In this document: in pieces, positions 35,027-43,946 of the stretch
Layout of the letters: each line of letters starts with the position of its first letter
Position numbering within the stretch: position 1 is the stretch's first letter
Source of the DNA: Candidatus Moraniibacteriota bacterium
GTDB taxonomy: Bacteria > Patescibacteriota > Minisyncoccia > Moranbacterales > UBA1568
Direction: 5' to 3'
NCBI GenBank assembly: GCA_037133435.1
Contig: JBAXOD010000002.1
Location: 23,545-87,544 of the forward strand
DNA length: 64,000 bases
Notes under the pieces: model-generated
Databases searched by the model: none
What the model was told of the DNA's origin: nothing
What the model saw: the letters and a program-made list of their open reading frames with translations, nothing else
Position numbers and translations under genes: made by a program

Positions 35027-35374
35027 GTGGTACAAAAAACGCATAAACATACCTCGCCTATGAGGATTCTCGTCAATAACCCGTCCGAAAACGCGCTCAC
35101 ACTCATGCGGAGGGCGGGATACGTCTTTCAACGCAAGGAAGGCGACGAGATGAGTTTCGTCCGAGAGTTCGCCCGGTCGGGTTTCCCCCGGTTTCACGCG
35201 TATGTCAGGACCGAAACGGTCACTATAACGGTCAATTTCCATCTCGATGCGAAACGCGAGACCTACGGTGAATCGACGCGGCACCACGGTGAATACGAAG
35301 ATGACGGTCCTCTCGCGGAAGAGGCGAAACGGCTCTTGAAACTTTTCGGCGAAAGGGCGTCCGTGGTGAAATAA
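35027..35374 (+). CDS. Hypothetical small protein between tRNA genes
   Basis: 115-aa ORF, no recognisable motif; could be spurious. Confidence 0.3.
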   Translation: MVQKTHKHTSPMRILVNNPSENALTLMRRAGYVFQRKEGDEMSFVREFARSGFPRFHAYVRTETVTITVNFHLDAKRETYGESTRHHGEYEDDGPLAEEAKRLLKLFGERASVVK

Positions 35375-35382
35375 ACGCCGAT

Positions 35383-35472
35383 GCCGAGGTGGCGCCCGCC
35401 CGCAACGCTTCGCGTAGCGATGCGGGCAGGAAACTGGTAGACGCACCAGGTTTAGGTCCTGGCGGGAGCAAG
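35383..35472 (+). pseudogene. Partial tRNA-Leu copy: acceptor+D-stem, 36-nt GC hairpin inserted in D-loop, anticodon arm, no T-arm
   Basis: gccgaggtggcg[cccgcccgcaacgcttcgcgtagcgatgcgggcagg]aaactggtagacgcaccaggtttaggtcctggcgggagcaag vs intact copy 12 nt downstream. Confidence 0.7.
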
Positions 35473-35483
35473 AAACGTATATT

Positions 35484-35570
35484 GCCGAGGTGGCGAAATT
35501 GGTAGACGCACCAGGTTTAGGTCCTGGCGGGAGCAATCCCTTGGGAGTTCGAGTCTCCCCTTCGGCACCA
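35484..35570 (+). tRNA. tRNA-Leu (anticodon TAG), CCA encoded
   Basis: Acceptor GCCGAGG, anticodon loop TTTAGGT, long variable arm, T-arm GGGAG-TTCGAGT-CTCCC, 3' ACCA. Confidence 0.85.
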
Positions 35571-35714
35571 TACGAAACCACCCTGCACCGTACGGTGCAG
35601 GGTGTTTCGATTCATCTTTCTCCGTCTTCCGCTTCGCCATACCGTATCCTTGGCGCAGGCGGATTCCCAACTCGTTAACACGTGAACTCGTTAACTGAAG
35701 AACTTACATGTTAC

Positions 35715-38312
35715 CTATCGCCTATACGCCGACCTCCGATCATCAGGCTCGGAAGCGGGAATCAGGGAAGAAACGAAACCGACCGAGAACAGGAGGAATG
35801 CCGAGGTCAGGATCATCCTGACGGCGAAGACGACGAACGGGGGCACGTATTTCGACACCGCTGCGAAAAATCGGTTCGATCCGGACGAGGCGACGGTCAG
35901 ATCCTCGTTCGCTATCGCTTGAACACGTACGTCACTTACGACCTTCGTTTCCGAGGAATCGATGACGTTGACTCCCCACAGATCTCGGAGTGCCACACGT
36001 TTCTCGTTCGCTTGGACGATTTTCCCCGTAAAGTTGACGAAGTTCGCGTCACCGATCGTGCCGGGTTTCGGAAGCGTATACGCTATCTGCATATCCGCGG
36101 ACTCGTCCACTGTTTTGCCGTCCACCGTCCAGACATGCGACAGCAGATACTTCTTCGCGTATCCCGGAATGATCGACGCCTTCATCGGTATGACGGTGCC
36201 GCTCGCGAACCGTTCGAAAATTTCGTCACTATGCTCGTCGTTCTTGGTACCGTCAAGTTCCGTAAACGTGCCGACGTATCGCGGCCAGACGGCACTCGTG
36301 TCGTTCGATTCGAGCAGGATTTCCGGATCGACGACCTGATAGTTCCGCGAAAGGGACAACGCCTTTCCCGTCGCTACATTCACCGCTTCCATCCGTACGG
36401 TGTACGTTTCTCCCGGCTCGCCCGTTACCGCGAAAAACGCGGTGTTCCCGAGCCCTCCCGAAGGACAGTCGACGGACGAGACGGTCGAGGAACAGTTCAG
36501 TGCGGCACCGTTTATGGTCCATCTGAAATTCTTCCACTCGGTAGAAGTCGCGTTGCGGAGCGTGACCCCGAGAATCTCGTTTTTCATGACGCGACACGAG
36601 ATACGGTTCAGGTTCTCCTTCGCTTCGGCCGCGGTGGAAGGCGTCGGATAGTACATGTCACAGATCGGATCAATCGAGGTGTCAAGCGCCACCTGTGCCG
36701 CGCCGGATGTGGACGCGGTCGCGGTGGTCGTATACGTGGAGATCTTCTTGTCCGTATTGGTGACTTTCACGACCACGTCGCTTTTCCCTTCGGGTCGGGC
36801 GATCATGTTCTGCGCAACCGTACTGCCGCCCGACGCCGTCGCGGTATAGGTGGTCGCGGAATAATTCTCTCCCGCCCGGGTCGTGATACGCATGTAGACC
36901 GGATCGGTATTCGCGAACGTACCAAGAATCTCCGGCTTCATATCAAGCAGCACTTTGATGGAAGTCAGGCCGTTCTGCGAGATCGCCTGGGTGGTGGAAT
37001 TCGGGAGCGTGATGAGCTTTCCAGCCGTGAGTAAACCCGCCGCCTCAAGCTGGGCCGTGACGTCCTTCCAGCCGTCGACCGGATTATTGCTCAGCTCGAC
37101 GGTCCACGAATAGGTGATTTCTTCGGGACTTTTGGATGAATTGTCGACCGAAGCCGTAGCAGTGACCATGTCCCCGCCGATTCCTTCCGTCTTGTCGTTC
37201 ACCGGATTATCCGGCGTCGCGGAAACGGAGAGCTCGAGTTTCTTGGAAGAACCGGATTCAGAATCCATCGGATCGACCAGGTTCATCTCGAGACAGTCAT
37301 CGATATCCCCTTTCGTCAGGCTGGTCGTCAAAAACGTGACCGGATACCCGTGTACCGTCTCTATATAGCTCCCAGGATTCTTGATGGGGCACTTCTTGTT
37401 CTTCGAGAATCCCCACTGGACCATCATCGTCGCGTCATCATGCTTCGTCGCGACCATCGACGATCCCTCCACGAGCACCCCGACTTTGTCTCCGGTCTGA
37501 TAGTTCCACTTGAAGGTATCCCGACCCAGGCCGACCGCGTTCGCCTCGTCCTTGTTGCCGTTACCGCTCGTATCCGGATCGTGCGGGTTGGTCCCCCATG
37601 CCTTCTCGTCCGACAGTCCGAATGTTCCGTCCGTTCCGCCGACCTGACTCCCGTTCAATTCCGGGAACAAGTGGACGCATGCCGGCAACTCATAAAAATG
37701 TCCGCTGACCGGATCGTGCATGTAGCACCAATCCTTCTTCGTATCGACGACGAGCTCCCCTCCGAAATGAGCCTTGTATCCGTCGTTATCATCGTCAGTG
37801 TCGTATTTGAATCCGTTACTGTCGGCATTGTCCGTAGCGAGGATTCGCGAAGCGGCGACTTTCCAATCATTGACGGTCACCGACCCGTCGTTGTCCGAAT
37901 CACAGTAACTCGCCTGACCGGAAGAACCGCCGAGTTCGCATCCGTTCCGCTTCAGATACCAGGTGTAATAAAGCTGTGACTCGCTGGCATTGGAAAAATA
38001 GGTCGGGAACGCCTTCGCGCTGAGTTTCTGCCCGTCCTTGGGATCCGAAGGGCTGAACGCAATCGTCACCTCGGGCGCGTTGCCCTTGTTTTCGGACACG
38101 TTGAACGACTCCCCGTATCTGCGTATGACCGCGGGGTCGAGATGATACCGCTGTTCAATGGCCGACGCTATCGAATCGGCACTCGGGAAATCCAAAGCGA
38201 CCACCTTTTCGGAAATGATGAAACCGGACAAGAAAATCACGAAAGCGACGGGAATCATTCGTCTTCCCGATTGTTTCCTCATTGGATGCATAGCGTTGAA
38301 TTTATTTTTCAT
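35715..38312 (-). CDS. Large secreted/surface protein (865 aa), Thr/Ser/Asp/Asn-rich, N-terminal signal-anchor
   Basis: Start MKNKFNAMHPMRKQSGRRMIPVAFVIFLSGFII; no catalytic motifs; composition of adhesin-like proteins. Confidence 0.5.
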   Translation of the reverse strand: MKNKFNAMHPMRKQSGRRMIPVAFVIFLSGFIISEKVVALDFPSADSIASAIEQRYHLDPAVIRRYGESFNVSENKGNAPEVTIAFSPSDPKDGQKLSAKAFPTYFSNASESQLYYTWYLKRNGCELGGSSGQASYCDSDNDGSVTVNDWKVAASRILATDNADSNGFKYDTDDDNDGYKAHFGGELVVDTKKDWCYMHDPVSGHFYELPACVHLFPELNGSQVGGTDGTFGLSDEKAWGTNPHDPDTSGNGNKDEANAVGLGRDTFKWNYQTGDKVGVLVEGSSMVATKHDDATMMVQWGFSKNKKCPIKNPGSYIETVHGYPVTFLTTSLTKGDIDDCLEMNLVDPMDSESGSSKKLELSVSATPDNPVNDKTEGIGGDMVTATASVDNSSKSPEEITYSWTVELSNNPVDGWKDVTAQLEAAGLLTAGKLITLPNSTTQAISQNGLTSIKVLLDMKPEILGTFANTDPVYMRITTRAGENYSATTYTATASGGSTVAQNMIARPEGKSDVVVKVTNTDKKISTYTTTATASTSGAAQVALDTSIDPICDMYYPTPSTAAEAKENLNRISCRVMKNEILGVTLRNATSTEWKNFRWTINGAALNCSSTVSSVDCPSGGLGNTAFFAVTGEPGETYTVRMEAVNVATGKALSLSRNYQVVDPEILLESNDTSAVWPRYVGTFTELDGTKNDEHSDEIFERFASGTVIPMKASIIPGYAKKYLLSHVWTVDGKTVDESADMQIAYTLPKPGTIGDANFVNFTGKIVQANEKRVALRDLWGVNVIDSSETKVVSDVRVQAIANEDLTVASSGSNRFFAAVSKYVPPFVVFAVRMILTSAFLLFSVGFVSSLIPASEPDDRRSAYRR

Positions 38313-38356
38313 CGTCCGTATGATAATGATTCCGATGGCACGTGAAACTGAAGACG

Positions 38357-39022
38357 TCACCTGCCAAAAACGAGAAACGCCACGTCGGCAAGAAACAGCG
38401 TCAGCCAGCCGGAAAACCAGGAATAATAGATCGAGCGGGTACGATGCGCGACGAACCCGGACGCGAATGCCGCAAGAATCATCGGCGTGCTGTTCCAACC
38501 GATACCGCCGAATGCCGCCAAAAACGCGACGAAAATTCCTCCTTGCAGAAAAACCGCGAGGATGCCGGTCTTGGACAACCACGAAAGCATGATGAGGCCG
38601 CGGAAAAACACCTCAAAGAGAACGGAGACGATACCGACCAGTACCACCTCATACAAAACGAAATAGAGGAACGAATCCTGAATGAAGTTTGGCAGCGAAT
38701 ACGTCACATCGGTCCCTCCGATAGCAATCACCGAGTACCAGACGACGAGAAACGGGATGACCGCGACCACGGCGGTCAGAAAACCGTATTTTTTCACGCT
38801 CCCCTGAAAACCGATCGATGAAAGCGGCTCTTTCTCAACGAAAATCACGTAGAGGATAGGGAGACACAGGAGAAAGACGATCCCCAACACGCCGGCCTGC
38901 AGGGATTCGTCCATATTCGCGTCGGCCGGAAACAAGCGAAATGCGAGAAGCGTCGCCACGACAAACAGTCCCGTCGAGAGGAACCGCTTCATATCGAAAG
39001 CCAGAATAGGAGTCTCACTCAT
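38357..39022 (-). CDS. CPBP family intramembrane metalloprotease (CAAX protease-like)
   Basis: EVFFRGLI motif (EExxxR), multiple TM, TATAAT 12 nt upstream of chosen start MSETPIL. Confidence 0.65.
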   Translation of the reverse strand: MSETPILAFDMKRFLSTGLFVVATLLAFRLFPADANMDESLQAGVLGIVFLLCLPILYVIFVEKEPLSSIGFQGSVKKYGFLTAVVAVIPFLVVWYSVIAIGGTDVTYSLPNFIQDSFLYFVLYEVVLVGIVSVLFEVFFRGLIMLSWLSKTGILAVFLQGGIFVAFLAAFGGIGWNSTPMILAAFASGFVAHRTRSIYYSWFSGWLTLFLADVAFLVFGR

Positions 39023-39076
39023 AGCATTGCTTCCATTATAACGTTTTTTTTCAATCTTGAAAATTTCTGACAAAAT

Positions 39077-40147
39077 TTAGGCGTTCTTGATCTTGTTCTT
39101 GATGCGACTCAGAAGAAACGCGACCAGAAATGACTGAAGCGGGAAGACGGCGATGATCGGGATGCTCTCGATTACCGCCACGATCACAATGACACCGATA
39201 CGCTTTGCTAGTAATATGATTTTCTCTTTCGGCGGCAGTTTCCTCGTATTCTTGTCAAGTGCTATGATGATGATCTGTCCGATAACGAACGGTCCCGAAA
39301 TGAGTGTGGTCACCCCCGGAAGAAAGAAATCGAAAAAATCGGTCAGGTCGTCGATGCCGCCGAGCATGTAAATCAATAATTTTGATGTAAACGACAAATC
39401 TGAGGCGTTCGGATCATGCTGTGCTGTTCCACTCCCCTGCACGGTCACGTTCCCCGTCTGCCCCGATTTGCGTTGCTCTTCCCAGGACGGGTATCGGGTC
39501 GGCCGTCCTCCCATGGCTTCCGATGATTCTTCCGCATCCTCCTCATCCGATTCAGTAGTCACCGAATTCGGAACAAAACGCAGATTATTTGGAGATTCGC
39601 TATATCGGACATTCCGCTGTTTCGGCCGGGCTGTCGTCGATGCGGCTGGTTTCCCCGAAGCGGAGTTCGAGAGCTGCAAACTGTAATTCTCACGTGCTCG
39701 TTTCGTTTCGATCGCAAGCCGTGTCGCGTCCGGATTTCGATCTTGTTCGAGTTCAAGCTCATCCCTTAAAAGTGCACCAAAAGATTGTACATTCATATTC
39801 TCAGGCCGGTTCGCAGTCAATTCCGCGGGCGTTTCCGAAGTGGCGATACGGCGCTGCAGACGAGTACTCTCAGTCGCTCGTTTCTCGAGCATCGCACGCT
39901 GAACAGCGGCTGATTCCCGGTCACTGTCGATCGCGTCCGCTGTCAAAAGAGCGTCGGCCGCTACGACCGTACGGGCGATATTTTGTCGTGCTCCCGCGGC
40001 CTCATTCATCCTCCGTGCACGCAGGCCCGCAAGCATGCCCGACATACGTGCCGCATTCCGTGCGTTAGGCGAAATCACGGTCCGATCCGAAGCCGGCAAG
40101 CGGGCACGACCGTCGGGAGCTCCTGTATTTGGATTCGAAGTACTCAT
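39077..40147 (-). CDS. Hypothetical protein: ~260-aa disordered polar N-region plus C-terminal TM pair
   Basis: 356-aa ORF, C-terminal FVIGQIIIIAL and IGVIVIVAVIESIPIIAVF helices. Confidence 0.45.
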   Translation of the reverse strand: MSTSNPNTGAPDGRARLPASDRTVISPNARNAARMSGMLAGLRARRMNEAAGARQNIARTVVAADALLTADAIDSDRESAAVQRAMLEKRATESTRLQRRIATSETPAELTANRPENMNVQSFGALLRDELELEQDRNPDATRLAIETKRARENYSLQLSNSASGKPAASTTARPKQRNVRYSESPNNLRFVPNSVTTESDEEDAEESSEAMGGRPTRYPSWEEQRKSGQTGNVTVQGSGTAQHDPNASDLSFTSKLLIYMLGGIDDLTDFFDFFLPGVTTLISGPFVIGQIIIIALDKNTRKLPPKEKIILLAKRIGVIVIVAVIESIPIIAVFPLQSFLVAFLLSRIKNKIKNA

Positions 40148-40229
40148 AGGTACTGACTACGTATCACGAATCATTATGAGAGAGACCGAAAGGAGCGATA
40201 GAATCAAAAAGACGACCTCCCGTGACGGA

Positions 40230-40385
40230 AGACCGTCTTTACGCAGGTTCAGGGTTGTACCCTGAACCACGGGGTTTACAACCGATACCGAAGCTCTGAT
40301 ATGGAGAACCGACCTCCGGTAAGGTTCTGACACAGGGAGAGAAACATTTCGGAGCAGGGTACAACATTGCTCCAGTAAAGAATCG
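40230..40385 (+). repeat. Hairpin repeat family copy b: cgcaggttcagggttgtaccctgaaccac and ggagcagggtacaacattgctcc
   Basis: Matches 12071-12093 (inverted) and 49647-49673 / 49821-49843. Confidence 0.6.
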
Positions 40386-40432
40386 AGCTCTCATCCGCCA
40401 AACTGGAACGAAATATAAATTGGGAAATGGGA

Positions 40433-42769
40433 TCAATATCCCGCACCCGCGTCGAAATCGCGTTTGGCCTGTTCGATCTCAAGCAACTGCCGCGGATCCG
40501 TCGTAATGACCTGATCCTCGCTGTACGAAGCGATAACCTTGATCGCGACGTGTTTCGTCCCGGCGAAAAAGATTCCCTCTCCCACGTTCGATTCGAGCAA
40601 CAAGAACTTCTCGTGATCGGTCAGGTAAAAGAGATCCGCAATGAGATCAATCGAAGCCGGCGACTGTTTGAGGAGAAGCTGGATAGAGGAGTTTGTGACG
40701 ATCGGTTTACCGTAGCGTGACGCCATGAAATCGCCCACGTCCTGGGTGATGGTCGTCAGTCCCGCGAAGTACTTGCGGCACCGTTTCGCGATACCGAACA
40801 TGAATGCGGCGGCATCCTCGTTTTGCATCATGATCCACGCCTCGTCCACGACGATCAGCCGCTGTTTCATTTCCACGCGGATCTCGTTCCAGATGTACTG
40901 CAAGATGACGTACATCGCGATCGGCCGAAGCTCGCTCTCGAGGTCCCGGATATTGAAGACGATCATCTGCCGATTCAACGACACGTTTGTCTGGTGATTG
41001 AGGAACCCGCTGAAGACGCCCTCGGTATACTGTTCGAGCCGCGCCGCGAGCGATTCGGCACCTTCGACATTGCGAAGCACGGCATAGAGATCCGTCATGG
41101 TCGGGAACGATGCCGCGTCGAGAGAGCGGAAGTCCGACGATTCGGTGATGTCGCGGATGGCATATGTCTCGCGGATCGCACGGTCAAGGACGGAGTCCTC
41201 TTCCGGCGTCACCGCGCCGAGCATGAGGTGTAGCAATCCGATCAGGTTCGCGACATGACTGCGGAACACGCCCTGTTCATCTTCCGTCGCGGCGATTTTC
41301 GGAAGGTCGAACGGGTTCAGATGCGCGTCGGAGGCGAGCGAAATGTCGAGGAACGTCCCGCCGACCGTGTCGCACAGGTGCTTGTATTCCTGTTCCGGAT
41401 CGATGATGACGACGCTCGTCCCGAACATCATGGAACGCAGTATCTCGAGTTTGATGGTATAGCTTTTTCCGGCGCCGGATTTCGCGAAGACGACCATGTT
41501 GGCGTTTTCCATGCGGAACCGGTCGAACAGGACGAGCGAATTGTTGTGCCGGTTGATCCCGTAGAGTATCCCCTCGTTCGAGGACAAATCGGAAGACACG
41601 AACGGAAACGTGGTGGACAAGGGCGAGGTGTTCAGATTGTTCGCGATATCGAGCAGGTCCATGCCCAAAGGCCTCGTGGAGATGAATCCCTGATCCATCC
41701 GCAGCACGGCCTGCTTCGTGAAGACGAGCTGCGCCTCGAGTATGGACTCGATGTTTCTGGAAATGTCGTTGAGTGCCTTCTCATCGGCCGCATAGACGGT
41801 CATGTAGAGTCCGAATCGGAAGAATTTCTCCGTCCCCTGCTGCAGACGGTCGCGAAGATCCTGGATGTTCTCGAGTGCGGCTTCGAGCATAGGATCGCGG
41901 ACCTTGCCGCCTTCGGCCTCGATGCCGATCTGCGAACGGACGTGCGTCTCGGACGCACGCAACTCACGCATGATCTCACGCGTGTCGACCGGATGAATAA
42001 GGAAGCCGACGTCCATCGGGGCGTCGATATTCACGATCGGGGAAAACCAGTTCGTCCCGAGGTATTTCGGATACGCGATGACGAAATGCGTCCGCGCGAA
42101 CACGCTGCCGACATGGAAAAAGCTCGGTGACATGCGTATCGCCGGCGGTGCGATGAGATCCTTGAGACTCGCGACGCCCTTGCGATAGAGCTCTTCCGAT
42201 TCGGTGCTGCCATGTGAAGAAAATACGGAGGTCAAAAATCCGCCCTTGCCGCCGCCGGCCGATTTCTGCTTGGAGGAAGGCCGTTCGACCTCCGCCGAAT
42301 ACGGAATGACCTCCTCCTCGAAACCGGACGGGCGTGAGTAAGGTGCGGCTGATTCCGAACCAGGTGCGGGAATACGGGACGATTCCGCTTCGACAGCGGA
42401 AGGAAGAGGCTCTACCGTAACCGGCGGCGTATCAAAAGAACGCGCCGGCGCGGGTTCGGATGATGCCGGTTGCGACGACCACGAGGCATACGCGGGCGCC
42501 GCCGATTCCGCCACCGGGATCGGTGCGGGTACCGGAGTCGGTTGCACTGCGGGAGTGGCCGCGACCGGGGGCGTCGACACGACCGGAGCGTCGAAATACT
42601 TCGGCTCCGGCGCGGAAGCGGGAGTCGGGATCGGTGCTGGCGCGGGTGCGGCCGGAACGGGTGCCGGTCCCGAAGGAGATGCTGTACCGCCGCCGGCATC
42701 ACTTAATCCGAGCAGTTCCATGATGAGCGCTTTGCGCTGTTCCGGATCCAATTGTGCTGGTGTAGGCAT
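40433..42769 (-). CDS. VirB4/TrbE/CagE-family T4SS ATPase with ~180-aa Pro/Ala-rich N-terminal extension
   Basis: Walker A VVFAKSGAGKSYT, Walker B LIVVDEAW, CagE_TrbE_VirB N-domain block FHVGSVFARTHFVIAYPKYLGTNWFSPIVNIDAPMDVGFLIHP. Confidence 0.8.
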   Translation of the reverse strand: MPTPAQLDPEQRKALIMELLGLSDAGGGTASPSGPAPVPAAPAPAPIPTPASAPEPKYFDAPVVSTPPVAATPAVQPTPVPAPIPVAESAAPAYASWSSQPASSEPAPARSFDTPPVTVEPLPSAVEAESSRIPAPGSESAAPYSRPSGFEEEVIPYSAEVERPSSKQKSAGGGKGGFLTSVFSSHGSTESEELYRKGVASLKDLIAPPAIRMSPSFFHVGSVFARTHFVIAYPKYLGTNWFSPIVNIDAPMDVGFLIHPVDTREIMRELRASETHVRSQIGIEAEGGKVRDPMLEAALENIQDLRDRLQQGTEKFFRFGLYMTVYAADEKALNDISRNIESILEAQLVFTKQAVLRMDQGFISTRPLGMDLLDIANNLNTSPLSTTFPFVSSDLSSNEGILYGINRHNNSLVLFDRFRMENANMVVFAKSGAGKSYTIKLEILRSMMFGTSVVIIDPEQEYKHLCDTVGGTFLDISLASDAHLNPFDLPKIAATEDEQGVFRSHVANLIGLLHLMLGAVTPEEDSVLDRAIRETYAIRDITESSDFRSLDAASFPTMTDLYAVLRNVEGAESLAARLEQYTEGVFSGFLNHQTNVSLNRQMIVFNIRDLESELRPIAMYVILQYIWNEIRVEMKQRLIVVDEAWIMMQNEDAAAFMFGIAKRCRKYFAGLTTITQDVGDFMASRYGKPIVTNSSIQLLLKQSPASIDLIADLFYLTDHEKFLLLESNVGEGIFFAGTKHVAIKVIASYSEDQVITTDPRQLLEIEQAKRDFDAGAGY

Positions 42770-42773
42770 ATGT

Positions 42774-43460
42774 TTATCTTCCGGTCAGTTCCACCGACTC
42801 GATATTCTTGACCACCGACGACGTGAACAACGAAGGGTTGTACGAATTATACAAAAGCTCGATGACCTCTTCGGTACCCAAAAGCGTGGTCCGGACGCCG
42901 GTACCCATGAGTGCCGACGCGACCAGATCGGCGCGCTGGAACAGCTGGTTCTTGTACGTCTCGAACACCTCTCCGCCGATGAACGTCTGCTTGACCGGAT
43001 TGAATATGCCGCCCATCTTCGTGAAAAAACCGCCCTCTTTCGTCTCGGAAGGGGCGAACGGTACCACGACAAAGAACGATTTCGACATGATATTCGAGAC
43101 ATCGGTCAGACTCTTGATGAAATTCGCGTATTCCGAAATCTGGAACCGCAAAAGGTCATTCTCCTGGGTCTTTTCCTGTTGCTTGAGCTTCTCGAGATAC
43201 GGCTCGATGCGGAAACGGCGCGAGTGCACGATAATCTGGAGCGGAAAATCAAGCGAGTTGAGGAAATTCTGATACTGTATGATGATCGCATCCTGCTCGT
43301 CGGTCGATTTGAGGTCGAAGTTGATGGAAGACGCGAGCAGCACCGCCCGGATGGAGCCGTTGCGCAGTATCATGACGCCGTCGCGGACTTCCTCGACGTC
43401 CACGTACTTTTGTGTGCTCGCGGCGTCCGATTCCTTTTTGTTGTCGGTGATGCGTTCCAT
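42774..43460 (-). CDS. Hypothetical T4SS-associated protein; N-region resembles the extreme N-terminus of Gram-positive VirB4 (PrgJ/TcpF-type)
   Basis: DGVMILRNGSIRAVLLASSINFDLKSTDEQDAIIIQYQNFLNSLDFPLQIIV; 4-nt gap to VirB4 start. Confidence 0.4.
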   Translation of the reverse strand: MERITDNKKESDAASTQKYVDVEEVRDGVMILRNGSIRAVLLASSINFDLKSTDEQDAIIIQYQNFLNSLDFPLQIIVHSRRFRIEPYLEKLKQQEKTQENDLLRFQISEYANFIKSLTDVSNIMSKSFFVVVPFAPSETKEGGFFTKMGGIFNPVKQTFIGGEVFETYKNQLFQRADLVASALMGTGVRTTLLGTEEVIELLYNSYNPSLFTSSVVKNIESVELTGR

Positions 43461-43490
43461 AGTTTTCCGTGGTTGTGTGTTTTTCCTCCG

Positions 43491-43889
43491 CTATTTCCGG
43501 TCCACCGCCTCCGCTATGCGGCGTATCTCCGCTTCCGTGATCCTCCGCTCGGGCGCGACCGATCCGGTATCGATCTTTTTCGGAAGAGTCTTCTGTACTG
43601 GCTTCCCGAGCGGCCTTCGCCACATCATGACCTTCGGATTGAAGAGAAAAAAGAATCCGTAGATCACGAAAAGGAGGAGTGGCTGACCGTTCGGCCTGTA
43701 AAACGCGAGGAGACAGAAAATGATGATGATCGGTATGGAAACCAGGTAGATCGCGATGCCGTCACCGATGATGAACTTGGCGACCAGGATGGTCGTCCCC
43801 ATCCCGATCATCCACAAAAGTTGCTTCCCGGTGAGCGGTCCGGCGATCTTGTCTTCCACGTCGACAAATTGCGGTACGTTGAATATCAT
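43491..43889 (-). CDS. PrgI-family (VirB3-like) small membrane protein
   Basis: MIFNVPQFVDVEDKIAGPLTGKQLLWMIG N-terminus typical of PrgI; two TM helices. Confidence 0.6.
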   Translation of the reverse strand: MIFNVPQFVDVEDKIAGPLTGKQLLWMIGMGTTILVAKFIIGDGIAIYLVSIPIIIIFCLLAFYRPNGQPLLLFVIYGFFFLFNPKVMMWRRPLGKPVQKTLPKKIDTGSVAPERRITEAEIRRIAEAVDRK

Positions 43890-43946
43890 AGCACGGATTC
43901 GGAGATTATCACATTCAAAAACTTCGACTCACTCAAGGATACCATA

